Shown: positions 1 to 9,511 of the stretch, one piece after another
How positions within the stretch are numbered: the first letter of the stretch is position 1
How the letters are laid out: every line of letters starts with the position of its first letter
Position numbers and translations under genes: made by a program
Assembly: GCA_963783255.1 (NCBI GenBank)
Contig: CAWAMP010000011.1
Span: 345,180 to 409,179, forward strand
Length of the DNA: 64,000 nt
From: an uncultured Acidobacteriota bacterium
Lineage (GTDB): Bacteria; Acidobacteriota; Vicinamibacteria; Vicinamibacterales; Fen-181
Reading direction: 5' to 3'
Notes under the pieces: generated by a model
What the model was told of the DNA's origin: nothing
The model's input: the letters and a program-made list of their open reading frames with translations, nothing else
Database searches by the model: none

Positions 1-260
1 TGCGGAAGGACACTGAACTGGTTGGGAAAGTACTCCTTCTTCACGGCCGCCTGGACGACGCTGTCCGTCAAACCGTTGGCTGCGATCGGCTCGAGGACCA
101 GCCAGCGCCTGATGAAGCCATCGGGGCCAGGCGCCAGGGTGCGGGACACGGGACGCACCAGCGTCGGAGCGGTCAGTTGACCAGCGCCGGTGGCGGCGCC
201 GCCCGCGACCACCAACGCGGACGCGACGACGAAGACGAGGGCGGGAATGTGGTGTCGCAT
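1..260 (-). CDS. Small secreted protein of unknown function, paralog 1 of 3 (5' part only; gene runs off the left edge)
   Basis: Absent from the ORF track because there is no stop in the window. Reverse complement of 1-260 reads MRHHIPALVFVVASALVVAGG...PDGFIRRWLVLEPIAANGLTDSVVQAAVKKEYFPNQFSVLP. It has a signal peptide plus RWLxLEPI and KEYFP.QF motifs shared with 3652-4362 and 18156-18953. Confidence 0.6.
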   Translation of the reverse strand, partial: MRHHIPALVFVVASALVVAGGAATGAGQLTAPTLVRPVSRTLAPGPDGFIRRWLVLEPIAANGLTDSVVQAAVKKEYFPNQFSVLP

Positions 261-469
261 GGTGACGGCGTCTTGAGTGGCCAACGCTGTTTCCCGCGTG
301 CGGGCTCCGAAGCGGGCATGCGTCGCAAGCCTGCTGCCGACGGCCGAGCGCGCGAGCGGGTTGTTCGAACCGGGAATCGACTTGGGCTCGATGTGCCAGC
401 TTCAGCCGGCCAGTTGGTCGATCCGCCGCTGTTCCTCGGGCCCACCGATGAAGTCGGGCTTCGCACGGG

Positions 470-475
470 AGTATA
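470..475 (-). promoter_or_regulatory. Candidate -10 box TATACT (minus strand)
   Basis: Plus-strand agtata equals TATACT on minus, followed by CCCGTGCG. The TATACTCC context matches the boxes at 17996 and 52001. It is an AT-rich hexamer in an intergenic gap of very GC-rich DNA. It lies about 210 nt from the ATG at 260, so the assignment is weak. Confidence 0.25.
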
Positions 476-634
476 CCTCCGCGGCCCGTGTCGCGACACA
501 ACAGAGGATTCGCACGAGAGAAACCCGGACGCTCCGGCCACCGACCACCGGACCCCATGTCGTTCGCGACCCGTGCATCGGTCGCCCGCGGGAGTCTGCG
601 GCTGCAGTCGCCGCCTGACGGCGCGAACCGTCAC

Positions 635-3052
635 TCAAGTCCGGTCAGCTGACGCCGCGCCACTGCTCCGGTCCAACGGCTCGATCACGCACCGGCTCTC
701 CATCTGCCACTCCCGGCCGAGCGTCCGGGTCGCGCCGCTCAGCTCGACGAGCGCGCGCAGGCGGACATCGGCGCTCGAGGCGCCGACCTGCAGCTCGAAC
801 ATCCCGGGCTCGACGACGCGCCGGCCCTCGAGGCCGGTGAACGACAGCATGTCGACCGGCAGATGGACGGTGACCCGCGCGGCCGCGCCGGCAGCGAGCT
901 CGACTCGACAGAAGGCCTTGAGCTCTTTGACTGGCCGCACCACGGAGGCGACGAGGTCGCGCACGTAGATCTGCGGCACCGCGATGCCAGCGCGCGTGCC
1001 CTGGTTGCGCACGGTGAACCGGGCGCGGATCTCGCCGGTCGCGACGTCCGCGGCCGGGTGGTCGAGCACCAGATCCTCGAACTCGAACGACGTGTAGCCG
1101 AGGCCGTGACCGAACGGATAGCGGCTGCCGAAATGGCGCGCGATCGGCGTGCCGGCGCTCTTCATCTTGTGGTTGTAGTAGTACGGGACGGCGCCCGCGT
1201 TTCTCGGCACCGACACCGTCAAACGACCCGACGGCTCCGCCGCGCCCGTCAGGATCTCGACCAGCGCGGGTCCGCCTTCCTGACCGCCCGCGAAGGTCAT
1301 CACGGTCGCCGCAACCGTGTCCTCCAGGCCGCCCAGGTTGTAGGGGCGCCCGCTCACGAGCACGACGACCACCGGCGTCCCGGTTGCCACCACCGCGGCG
1401 AGCAACTGCTGCTGCACCCCGGGCAGATCCAGGGAATCGGTGTCCGAGCCCTCGCCGACGGTGCCGGTCTGGAACAGTCCGGCGAGGTCGCCGACGCAGA
1501 CGACGGCGACGTCCGCCTCTTGCGCTGCCGTCACGGCGGCGGGGATGAGATCCGTCCGCATCGACACCGGAGATGGCTGCTCGAGCGACGTGCTCGACTC
1601 GACGTCGCCCGGAAACACGGGCGAGCCGTACTTCCGCTCCTCGATGATGTAGCAGCCGCGCTCGTAGGCGACGCGTCCGGCGCCGAACACCCGCTCGAAC
1701 GCGGACCGCGGCGTGACCGCCTGCGATGCGGCTTCGCCCGCATCGCTCAGGATGAGATGCACCGGGAAGCTGTAGCCGCAGAGCAGGGCCATCGGATCGT
1801 CCGCGGCAGGACCGATGAGCGCGATGCGCTGCCCGCGCGCGGGATCCAGCGGCAGGATGCCGTCGTTCCTGAGCACGACGATGCCCTGCCGGGCGACCTC
1901 GCGGGCCAGCGCGACGGTGGCCGGCGCCTGCAGATCGATGGCGCCTTCGTCCGCATACGGCTTCTCGAACAGGCCGAGGCGGATCTTCTCGGTGACGACG
2001 CGTCGCACGATGGCATCGATCGTCTCGATCGAGACGAGCCCGCGCCGGACCGCCTCGCCCAGGTGGGCGGTGCAGTCGTCGGCGGGCAGCTCGATGTCGA
2101 GGCCGGCGTTGAACGCGATGGCCGCCGCCTCGGCACGGTCGCGGGCGACATTGTGGTGCTGGTAGAGGAGGCTGATGCCGACGTAGTCGGCGACGATCAG
2201 GCCGTCGAATCCCCACTCGTCGCGGAGCACGCCGGTGAGCAGGCGACGCGCCGCGTGGCACGACACGTTGTCGATGTCGTGGTACGCCGGCATCACCGAT
2301 CCGGCGCGCGCCTGCTTCACGGCCATCTCGAAGGGCAGCAGGAACACGTCGTTCAGCTCGCGCCACCCGAGGTGGACCGGCCCGTGGTTGCGCGCGCCCT
2401 CGCTCCACGAGTGACCCGCAAAGTGCTTCAGCGTCGCGAGCAGATCGCGCCGCGTTCCCTGCAGGCCGCGGACGTACCGGGTGCCCAGGACACCGACCAG
2501 ATATGGGTCTTCGCCCAGCGTCTCCTCTGTGCGACCCCAGCGCACGTCGCGGGAGACGTCGAGCACAGGGGCCAGCCCCTGGTGGCACCCCACGGAACGG
2601 GCCTCCCGCCCGATGGCTTCGGCCGCCCGTTCGACGAGGTCGGGATTCCACGTCGCGCTATGTGCGAGCGCAGACGGAAACAGCGTCGCGCCGCGCGCCA
2701 TCAGGCCGACGAGGCACTCCTCGTGCGACAGCGCCGGGATCCCGAGCCGCGTCTCCTCGCGCAGGAACTTCTGCAGCCGGTTGAGGGCGCGGACGCCCGT
2801 GCGCGCGTCGACGCCGTGGCTGCCGAGCGGTCGCGTAATCTGCCCGAGTCCCTCGTGAAGCGCCTTCTGCACGGTCTCCGGATCCGTGCCGCCGGTGAAG
2901 TCGTCCTGTCGGGGACGATGTCGTCCGTCGACGGAGAGGATCAGCCAGAGCGCGCGCATCTGCGCCGCCTTTTCGTCGAAGGTCATTCTGGCGAGCAGGT
3001 CGGACGCCCGCTCGTCAACGGGTCGGCTGGAATCCTGGTACGGATGAGACAT
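635..3052 (-). CDS. GH3 beta-glucosidase/beta-xylosidase-type glycoside hydrolase (cytoplasmic, no signal peptide)
   Basis: ORF 635-3388 trimmed to the ATG at 3052 (MSHPYQDSSRPVDERASDLLARMTFDEKAAQM). GH3 signatures present: GLGQITRP, SRDVRWGRTEETLGEDP, LKHFAGHS, LIVADYVG, plus a C-terminal fibronectin-like domain. Confidence 0.9.
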   Translation of the reverse strand: MSHPYQDSSRPVDERASDLLARMTFDEKAAQMRALWLILSVDGRHRPRQDDFTGGTDPETVQKALHEGLGQITRPLGSHGVDARTGVRALNRLQKFLREETRLGIPALSHEECLVGLMARGATLFPSALAHSATWNPDLVERAAEAIGREARSVGCHQGLAPVLDVSRDVRWGRTEETLGEDPYLVGVLGTRYVRGLQGTRRDLLATLKHFAGHSWSEGARNHGPVHLGWRELNDVFLLPFEMAVKQARAGSVMPAYHDIDNVSCHAARRLLTGVLRDEWGFDGLIVADYVGISLLYQHHNVARDRAEAAAIAFNAGLDIELPADDCTAHLGEAVRRGLVSIETIDAIVRRVVTEKIRLGLFEKPYADEGAIDLQAPATVALAREVARQGIVVLRNDGILPLDPARGQRIALIGPAADDPMALLCGYSFPVHLILSDAGEAASQAVTPRSAFERVFGAGRVAYERGCYIIEERKYGSPVFPGDVESSTSLEQPSPVSMRTDLIPAAVTAAQEADVAVVCVGDLAGLFQTGTVGEGSDTDSLDLPGVQQQLLAAVVATGTPVVVVLVSGRPYNLGGLEDTVAATVMTFAGGQEGGPALVEILTGAAEPSGRLTVSVPRNAGAVPYYYNHKMKSAGTPIARHFGSRYPFGHGLGYTSFEFEDLVLDHPAADVATGEIRARFTVRNQGTRAGIAVPQIYVRDLVASVVRPVKELKAFCRVELAAGAAARVTVHLPVDMLSFTGLEGRRVVEPGMFELQVGASSADVRLRALVELSGATRTLGREWQMESRCVIEPLDRSSGAASADRT

Positions 3053-3066
3053 GGGTGAAATCCTCG

Positions 3067-3651
<585 letters not shown>

Positions 3652-4362
3652 TCATTTCCCAGCGTCGCTTAACGTCAACGTGAGGTGCTTCAGTGGCTTC
3701 CCGTCCGCGTCCAGAAACCGGGCGCACATGTTGCTCAGTCCCGGTGCATTCACGACAGCGCAGCGCACCACGTTCGGCCCTTTCTTGAGCGTGAGCCGCA
3801 TGGACACGCCGTCGTCCACCAGCATGTGGCGGTCACCGTAGAGGGCGATGGCCCGCTGTCCGTTCACCCACCAGATTGAGGCCGAGTTGGACCCGACGGA
3901 GAGCCGGACGCCGGGCATCTCCCTCGGACAGTTCACAACGGTGACTGCCCAGTAGATCGCGTTGAACGCCGGCTTGCCCCGGTCGCGGGCGAAGTGGTAG
4001 AGGTTGACGTTGTAGTCGCTCGTGTCGAGGGCGTGCCACACGAGTGGCTTGCCATCAACCAGCACCGTGTCGCCATCCTTCGGCACCGCGGTGAACTGAT
4101 CGGGGAAATACTCCTTCGTAATCGCCGCCTGGACGAAGCTGTCCGTCAACTGCTGGTTGCTGCGGATCGGGATGGTGATGGGGTCCAGCAGCAGCCACCG
4201 CTGCAGGTAGCCATTCGCATCTGGCATCTTGGCCGTGGAGCCGGCGCGCGTGAGCGTCGGGGGCCTGCCGCGAGGGGCCTGTGCGCCCGCGGTTTCCGCC
4301 AGCATCGCGGCGCCCGCCAGCACGGCTGGCGCCGCTCTCAAGAGCGTGGGGAGCGCGTTCAT
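3652..4362 (-). CDS. Small secreted protein of unknown function, paralog 2 of 3
   Basis: 236 aa with a signal peptide (MNALPTLLRAAPAVLAGAAMLAETAGAQA). Motifs YLQRWLLLDPI, KEYFPDQFT, GSNSASIWWVNG and NAPGLSNMCARFLD are colinear with 18156-18953. Confidence 0.7.
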   Translation of the reverse strand: MNALPTLLRAAPAVLAGAAMLAETAGAQAPRGRPPTLTRAGSTAKMPDANGYLQRWLLLDPITIPIRSNQQLTDSFVQAAITKEYFPDQFTAVPKDGDTVLVDGKPLVWHALDTSDYNVNLYHFARDRGKPAFNAIYWAVTVVNCPREMPGVRLSVGSNSASIWWVNGQRAIALYGDRHMLVDDGVSMRLTLKKGPNVVRCAVVNAPGLSNMCARFLDADGKPLKHLTLTLSDAGK

Positions 4363-4741
4363 GGTAACGCCTTGCGGCCTCGCACGTCTCTCGGAACGCG
4401 GGAAGCACGATCAACTCGCGCGGCTCCGTGGCGCCAACGCGCGGAACGGCCGTCAACATCCAGTGCTGCTGCGCCCGACAGAGGTGGTTGCCCATCCGGG
4501 CGTCCACGTTGCCCGATGGCCAGCCTACCGACGCTCGAAGAGGACGGCCGTCACGCCGCTACTCTAACTCATCTTCGGAACTTCGAGAACGTCGGACGAG
4601 CGAGGCCGGCGCGTCCGGGTGGCCAGTCGTCGGTCCAACCTCGAGCCATGTGAGGTGGCGCCGGTCGCGGGGGCACGCCGAGATAGCCTCTGAAGCGGTG
4701 GGTTCCCGGGAACCGCGTGGGACCCCTGTCACGCCAAAAGT

Positions 4742-4789
4742 AAGTGTTACCCAACGCTGAATCGTCGCGCCATTAATCGGGTTACCGAG
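4742..4789. repeat. Left terminal inverted repeat of the IS
   Basis: aagtgttacccaacgctgaatcgtcgcgccattaatcgggttaccgag. Three blocks (12+12+10 nt) are identical to the reverse complement of 6101-6149. Confidence 0.75.
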
Positions 4790-6086
4790 TAACGACGTGC
4801 TGGACCTGCGATCTGGTCCTCTGAACCGAGAGGCGCCGAGGCCTCGAAGAGGCCGAGACGCCCCCCCGCGATCGCGACGGGGAGGCCTCGAGTGGCGGGG
4901 CGGTCCCGGTGGCGCGGACGACCGTGGCCGGGCGGACCCGCCGGTTCGCCAGACGATAGACCCGCTCGAGCTGCCGGTCGATCCGCGCCGCCAAGGCGAA
5001 CGGGTCGAGGCGCGCCCGCTGCCGCACGAGCGCCTGCACTTTCGCGGGGTCGCCCGTCCCGCCGGCGAGGAGCCGATCCAAGGGCGTCTGCGGCGCGTCG
5101 TACCGGCGGCGCACGCGTGACCCCACCCGCTCCCGCGCGACCAGTTTCACGGACGGCAGAAACAGATTCTGCAGGAGCCGCACCTCGGCGTACAGCGCGT
5201 TGAGCGCCTCGACCGCCGCGTCGGTGTCGTACCGCTCGTAGCCCGCCAGCTTGCGGACGTGCGTCCAGTTCTTTTGCTCGATGTGCGCATTGTCGTCCTT
5301 CTTGTAGGGGCGGCCGCGCGTGAACTGAATGCCCGTCGTCCGGCAGTACTGGTGCAAGTGCGCATTGATAAATTCGGAGCCGTTGTCCGAGTCGATGCCG
5401 CAGAGCGCGAACGGCAGCGCCTCCCGAATCGTCTCCAGCCCTTCCCGCACCCGCACCTGGCTCTTCCCGAGCACGGCCCGCGTCTCCACCCAGGCACTGT
5501 GGATATCCACGACATTCAGCGAATGTGCGAACTCGCCCTCCGCGCAGTCGCCGCTGTGGCTGACCAGATCAATCTCGGTGAAGCCCGGCGCGGCCACGTC
5601 CCAGCGGTCCGTTTTCAGCGGGATGTGATGCTTCAAGAGACGGCCCGGCTTCGTGCGGCCGTAGAGCCGCCGCTGGAGCGTGCGCCGATCCTTCGCTAAA
5701 CACCGGTCCATCTGTCGCGGACTCATCGCCCGCAGCTTCCGCTCGGTCTCGATCGAGAGCACCAGATGCCGCCGCGCGTGCGGCAACCACGTGGGCACGA
5801 GGGCTTTCAGCCGCGCCGACCAGGGATGGCCCGCGGCCGCCCAGATCAGGCGCAGCGCCCCCACCACCGTCGGGCCATACTGCCGAGGGCGGCCGCGCCG
5901 CTTCAGCGGCCGGCCTCGCTGGCCCGCATGCATGCGACGAATCAAGGCCTTCCGGTGGTAGCCGGTGACCTCCTCCATCTCGTCCAGCAGCTGCCCGCGC
6001 GCCTCCTTCCGCGCCCCGTCATACCGCTCACGCATCCGCCTCAGATACTCGCCAATCGCACGTGGTCCCACGCGGGCTCCCCCCAT
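4782..6086 (-). CDS. DDE transposase, integrase-core (rve) type
   Basis: 434 aa with a catalytic-core pattern: FTEIDLVSHSG ... GIDSDNGSEFIN ... RGRPYKKDDNAHIEQKNW. The N-terminus is HTH-like. Confidence 0.85.
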   Translation of the reverse strand: MGGARVGPRAIGEYLRRMRERYDGARKEARGQLLDEMEEVTGYHRKALIRRMHAGQRGRPLKRRGRPRQYGPTVVGALRLIWAAAGHPWSARLKALVPTWLPHARRHLVLSIETERKLRAMSPRQMDRCLAKDRRTLQRRLYGRTKPGRLLKHHIPLKTDRWDVAAPGFTEIDLVSHSGDCAEGEFAHSLNVVDIHSAWVETRAVLGKSQVRVREGLETIREALPFALCGIDSDNGSEFINAHLHQYCRTTGIQFTRGRPYKKDDNAHIEQKNWTHVRKLAGYERYDTDAAVEALNALYAEVRLLQNLFLPSVKLVARERVGSRVRRRYDAPQTPLDRLLAGGTGDPAKVQALVRQRARLDPFALAARIDRQLERVYRLANRRVRPATVVRATGTAPPLEASPSRSRGGVSASSRPRRLSVQRTRSQVQHVVTR

Positions 6087-6100
6087 TTCTTCCTCCTATC

Positions 6101-6149
6101 GGTGGGTAACCCGACTTTTGGCGCGACGATGTCTCCGTGGGTAACACTT
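6101..6149. repeat. Right terminal inverted repeat of the IS
   Basis: Reverse complement reads aagtgttacccacggagacatcgtcgcgccaaaagtcgggttacccacc, with about 34 of 45 positions in identical blocks versus the left TIR. Confidence 0.75.
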
Positions 6150-6389
6150 TAAGCGGCGCGATACGGGACCTGGACTCGAACTGTCCGATCGGGCAGAATT
6201 GGCGGGCCGTTGCAGGCGTCCCCGACGGTCGACGCTCGGGTCCGGCCGAAGCTGTGTCCGTCGATCGTGCCGCGGCGGCGTCCCCGCGAGGTCCGCGCGC
6301 GGCGCTGTCACATTGACGGCTTCACTCCGGGCGTGCCGGACGCGCGGAGGATCTGGTCCAAGTTGGCGCCGTGAAAGGAGAGGGGCATC

Positions 6390-6842
6390 GTGCTCGAGAA
6401 GGAGATTATCCAGGAACAGGGATTCCGGAACGTCCGCAAGAACGGCGAGATCGTGGGGTTCCAGGTCCGCTACCGGTCCTGCTACTACCGCAGCGTCTGG
6501 CTCTCCATGTCCCTCGGCTTCGACGTGTCGGTGGACGGAGAGAAGTTCCCGAGGGACCAGGTCACGGTGACCATCGGCGGCAGGACCTACACGCAGGAGG
6601 CGATGAAGACGATCACCGATGTGCAGTGGCCAATCTCGGAAGCCGCGATCCTGACCGTCACCAGGCCGGGCGGCCTGAAGCCGGGCGTGCACGAGGTCGA
6701 AGTCGGCTGGGGCCACGCAGCCTCGTACATGCCGATGGAAATGGGAGCGATGCCCCGGCGGGCGCAGTCACCCGCCGTGGGCGCCGCGATGCGGGGGATG
6801 ATGCCGTTCACCGAAACGCGCAGGATCGTGCTGGTGGTCTGA
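6390..6842 (+). CDS. DUF6379-like protein; candidate C-glycoside deglycosidase beta subunit
   Basis: 150 aa, GTG start preceded by aaaggagagg. The N-terminal pattern IIQEQGFRNV..G.IVGFQV..R..YYR...LS....DVSVDGE matches my memory of CarC/DgpC-type beta subunits. It is immediately followed by a TIM-barrel partner gene. Confidence 0.5.
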   Translation: MLEKEIIQEQGFRNVRKNGEIVGFQVRYRSCYYRSVWLSMSLGFDVSVDGEKFPRDQVTVTIGGRTYTQEAMKTITDVQWPISEAAILTVTRPGGLKPGVHEVEVGWGHAASYMPMEMGAMPRRAQSPAVGAAMRGMMPFTETRRIVLVV

Positions 6843-6867
6843 GGCCGGTGGCGCAACGGAGACCGAG

Positions 6868-7872
6868 ATGACTCAACACGAGATGACGCGCAAGGAGTTC
6901 CTGAAGGTTGCCTCCGGCGCCGTGGCCGCCGCGGCGATTCCGGCACGGCTTCCTGCTGCAGCCGGGAAGACCGGCCCCAAGCGGGGCGTGTCGATCTACA
7001 GCTATTCCGACGATCTCTTCAAGACCGCCACGCTCGAGGACTGCCTGGCCGCGGTCGGCGACCTGGCCGCGGACGGCGAGGACATCGGCCTCGAGATTCT
7101 CGCGAACTCCCACGTCGAGGGCTACCCGAACCCGACCGGCGCCTGGGTCGACAGGTGGGTCGAACTGTGCAGGAGGTACCGCGTCAAGCCGGTGGAGTAC
7201 GGTCATTGGGTGGATTCGAAGCTGCGCAGCGAGAAGGCGCCGTGGCTGAGCACGCGGGAGTCCTACGAGATGCTGGTCCGCGACATCAAGCTGGCCAACA
7301 AGCTGGGCTTCGCGTGCGCCAGGACCAAGTTGGGCGTGATCGACGGACAGCTGACGCCCGTACAGAACTGGCGCGAGTTCATCAAGATGGCCCTGCCCGT
7401 CGCCGAGAAGTACAACGTTCGCATGATGCCCGAGATCCACCCGCCCACGAGGCTCCGGTCGAAAATGGTCGACGACTACGTGGACTTCATCGAGAAGGAG
7501 AAGACCACGCCCTGGTTTGGCCTCAACATCGACTTCGGCGTGTTCCAGAACCGGCGCGCGGCGGGACCTGCGCGGGCGGAGGGACCCGGCGGGCAATCGG
7601 GATCACGCGGCGCGACGGAGCCGTCCAGGGTCGAAGAGATGATCCCGTTGCTCCCGTATGTTCACTGCTGCCATGCCAAGTTCACCGAGATGAACGACAG
7701 CTGCGAAGAGACGTCGATTCCCTATCCCGAGATCGTCAGGATGCTCGTCGACCATCGCTGGAACGGCTACCTTCTCAGCGAATACGAGGGCGAGGACCGG
7801 AACCGTGGTGGCGCGTTCCAGGCGGTTCGCAAGCACCACGTGATGTTGAGACGCCTGCTCGGCGAGTCATGA
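6868..7872 (+). CDS. Xylose-isomerase-like TIM-barrel protein (sugar phosphate isomerase/epimerase family) with a Tat-like signal; candidate C-glycoside deglycosidase alpha subunit
   Basis: 334 aa. The N-terminus TRKEFLKVASGAVAAAAIPARLPAAAG is Tat-like (RK variant). The AP_endonuc_2-type barrel pattern includes MPEIHPP and NIDFG, with LSEYEG near the C-terminus. It lies 25 nt after the DUF6379-like gene. Confidence 0.6.
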   Translation: MTQHEMTRKEFLKVASGAVAAAAIPARLPAAAGKTGPKRGVSIYSYSDDLFKTATLEDCLAAVGDLAADGEDIGLEILANSHVEGYPNPTGAWVDRWVELCRRYRVKPVEYGHWVDSKLRSEKAPWLSTRESYEMLVRDIKLANKLGFACARTKLGVIDGQLTPVQNWREFIKMALPVAEKYNVRMMPEIHPPTRLRSKMVDDYVDFIEKEKTTPWFGLNIDFGVFQNRRAAGPARAEGPGGQSGSRGATEPSRVEEMIPLLPYVHCCHAKFTEMNDSCEETSIPYPEIVRMLVDHRWNGYLLSEYEGEDRNRGGAFQAVRKHHVMLRRLLGES

Positions 7873-7892
7873 CCGACGCGTGAAGCAGTGTG

Positions 7893-7921
7893 CGGGCGGC
7901 GACGCGAGCCGTCGCCGCCCG
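7893..7921. terminator. GC-rich hairpin between convergent genes (bidirectional terminator candidate, no U-tract)
   Basis: cGGGCGGCGACG-cgagc-CGTCGCCGCCCg forms a 12-bp perfect stem with a 5-nt loop. It sits between the stop at 7872 (+) and the stop at 7931 (-). Confidence 0.5.
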
Positions 7922-7930
7922 GGGCCTGGC

Positions 7931-9415
7931 CTACTTCTTTGGTTTGGGCGCGGAGGCCACGCCCTTGTCCTTGAACAGCAGCAGGGAGAACTCGCGCAGG
8001 CTTCGTCGCCAGCTCTGGAACTCGTGAGCCGTCAGCGGAGACACGTAGAACGCGGCGTTGATGCCGGCTGCCTTCAACGCATCGACGCTGGCCTGGGGAT
8101 TGCCGCCGAAGCCGCCCATGCGGGCCGGGCCGGCCTGGCCGGCACCTGGCGCGCCGGCCGTCGCTCCGGCTCCCCCGCGGCCTGCATCGGCAGGAGCAGC
8201 AGCGGCAGGCGCGGCAGCCGCGGGCGCCGCAGCCGCCGGCGAGGCAGCGCCGGGACCCCTCCCGCCACCGCGGTTGCCGCCAATCTCGCGGCTTCCGTAG
8301 CTGACGAACACCAGCTTGACCTTCTCCTTGAAGCCGGCCGTGTTGTTGACATCGTCCATGGAGATCGTGCCGCCGCTGAAGAGGCCGATGTGGGAGAACT
8401 TGTCGATGTTGGCCAGCGTCACCATCCTGGTCTGCATGGCTCCCATCGACAGTCCCGCCATGGCGCGATGCGGCTGATCGACCAGCGTGCGGAAGTGGCT
8501 GTCAACCCAGGGAATCAGGTCCTTGACCATGAGCTGCCCGTACGCGCCGCCGCCAGGACCACCCATCCCGGGGAACATGGGGCCGCGTCCGGCGCCGGGT
8601 GAGCCTGCGGCGGCGGCCGCTCCGCCTCGCCCCGCGTCGGCGGGAGCCGCGGGAGCCGCGGGAGCAGGGGGAGCAGCTGGGGCACCGGGAGCCATACCTC
8701 GCCCGGGGCCTGCGCCCGGAGCGCCCACGGCGCTGGTTTCCATGACCACGATGAAGGGTGTGATCCTGCCCTCCGCGAGCAGGTTGTCGAGGATCACGTT
8801 GGTTCGGCCCATTTCGGTCCAGACCCGCTCGTCCTCGCCGCCGCCGTGCTGGAGGTACAGCACCGGGTACCGCTTCGTCGGGCTCTTCTCGTAGTCCGGG
8901 GGCGTATAGACGTAGATGTGACGCCAGGCGTTGATCGACTTGGCGAAGTAGTTCTTGATCAGCACGTTGCCGTGCGGCACGTCCTTCAGCTCGTAGAAGC
9001 CGCCGTCCGGGTCGGGCACTTCGAGGGCATTGCACATGTGGCTGTAGCCGATGAACGCATCGGTGCCGGGATCCAGCACGATGGCGCCGTCGACGATCAT
9101 CCAGTAGTTGTGGTAGCCGAGGTCCTGCGGCTCCGCCGTCGTGTAGGTCCACACGCCGTTCTCGCCCTTGACCATGTCGAACGGAGTATTCGCGATCGAG
9201 ACCTGCACCTTCTGCGCGCCGGGAGCCCTGAACTGGAAGGTGACCCGGTTGTCGGCTTCAATCCGCGGATACTGGGCATTGGGAAAGTTGTAGGCCGAAG
9301 GATGCACGGTACCCGCCGCGGAGGGGGGCAGCACCGCCGTCTTGCCCATCTGCGCCCAACAGGTCCCGCCCGCCAGAACCGCCGCGAACACCGCGACACA
9401 CACAGTTCGTTTCAT
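7931..9415 (-). CDS. CE1-like esterase (esterase D / putative feruloyl or acetylxylan esterase) with an N-terminal Ig-like (E-set/CBM48-like) domain
   Basis: 494 aa with a signal peptide. Contains [16 protein letters not shown] and the nucleophile elbow GLSMGA. Paralog of 24554-25855. It carries two long Gly/Ala/Pro/Arg insertions. Confidence 0.7.
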   Translation of the reverse strand: MKRTVCVAVFAAVLAGGTCWAQMGKTAVLPPSAAGTVHPSAYNFPNAQYPRIEADNRVTFQFRAPGAQKVQVSIANTPFDMVKGENGVWTYTTAEPQDLGYHNYWMIVDGAIVLDPGTDAFIGYSHMCNALEVPDPDGGFYELKDVPHGNVLIKNYFAKSINAWRHIYVYTPPDYEKSPTKRYPVLYLQHGGGEDERVWTEMGRTNVILDNLLAEGRITPFIVVMETSAVGAPGAGPGRGMAPGAPAAPPAPAAPAAPADAGRGGAAAAAGSPGAGRGPMFPGMGGPGGGAYGQLMVKDLIPWVDSHFRTLVDQPHRAMAGLSMGAMQTRMVTLANIDKFSHIGLFSGGTISMDDVNNTAGFKEKVKLVFVSYGSREIGGNRGGGRGPGAASPAAAAPAAAAPAAAAPADAGRGGAGATAGAPGAGQAGPARMGGFGGNPQASVDALKAAGINAAFYVSPLTAHEFQSWRRSLREFSLLLFKDKGVASAPKPKK

Positions 9416-9511
9416 CGTCGTGACCTCCAGAAGACGTCTGTTCCGTGCTCTTGGCAGGGCGATCCTGCCTGGACTCTGCCGACCGAAGCCGCGCGGCGCG
9501 AGCGTCCTTCC

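Larger units (their letters stand above)
4742..6149 (-). mobile_element. Complete insertion sequence (~1.41 kb) with a single rve-type DDE transposase
   Basis: Transposase ORF 4782-6086 is flanked by imperfect terminal inverted repeats. Outermost 12 nt are identical (AAGTGTTACCCA), with further identical blocks ATCGTCGCGCCA and TCGGGTTACC. I could not identify an unambiguous target-site duplication. Confidence 0.8.

Noticed and set aside
863-3058. 731-aa ORF on the plus strand, opposite the GH3 gene.
   Set aside because: It is fully antisense to a gene with clear GH3 motifs. Its translation is Arg/Gly/Ala/Asp-rich with no recognisable motifs, the typical stop-poor antisense frame of high-GC DNA.
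6165-6200. tRNA-like GTTCGAG (T-loop-like) motif on the minus strand just outside the right IS end. I considered a tRNA gene fragment or integration site.
   Set aside because: The flanking bases do not form a 5-bp T-stem, an acceptor stem or a cloverleaf. It is only a 4-bp GGAC/GTCC stem, most likely chance.
8099-8734. Repetitive GC-rich DNA (gcc/gcg/ccg runs), here and at 23577-23798, 25268-25417 and 41571-41825. I considered tandem repeats, VNTRs or a CRISPR-like array.
   Set aside because: The runs lie inside long, homologous reading frames and encode Ala/Pro/Gly tracts. There is no fixed repeat unit or spacer structure and no nearby cas genes.
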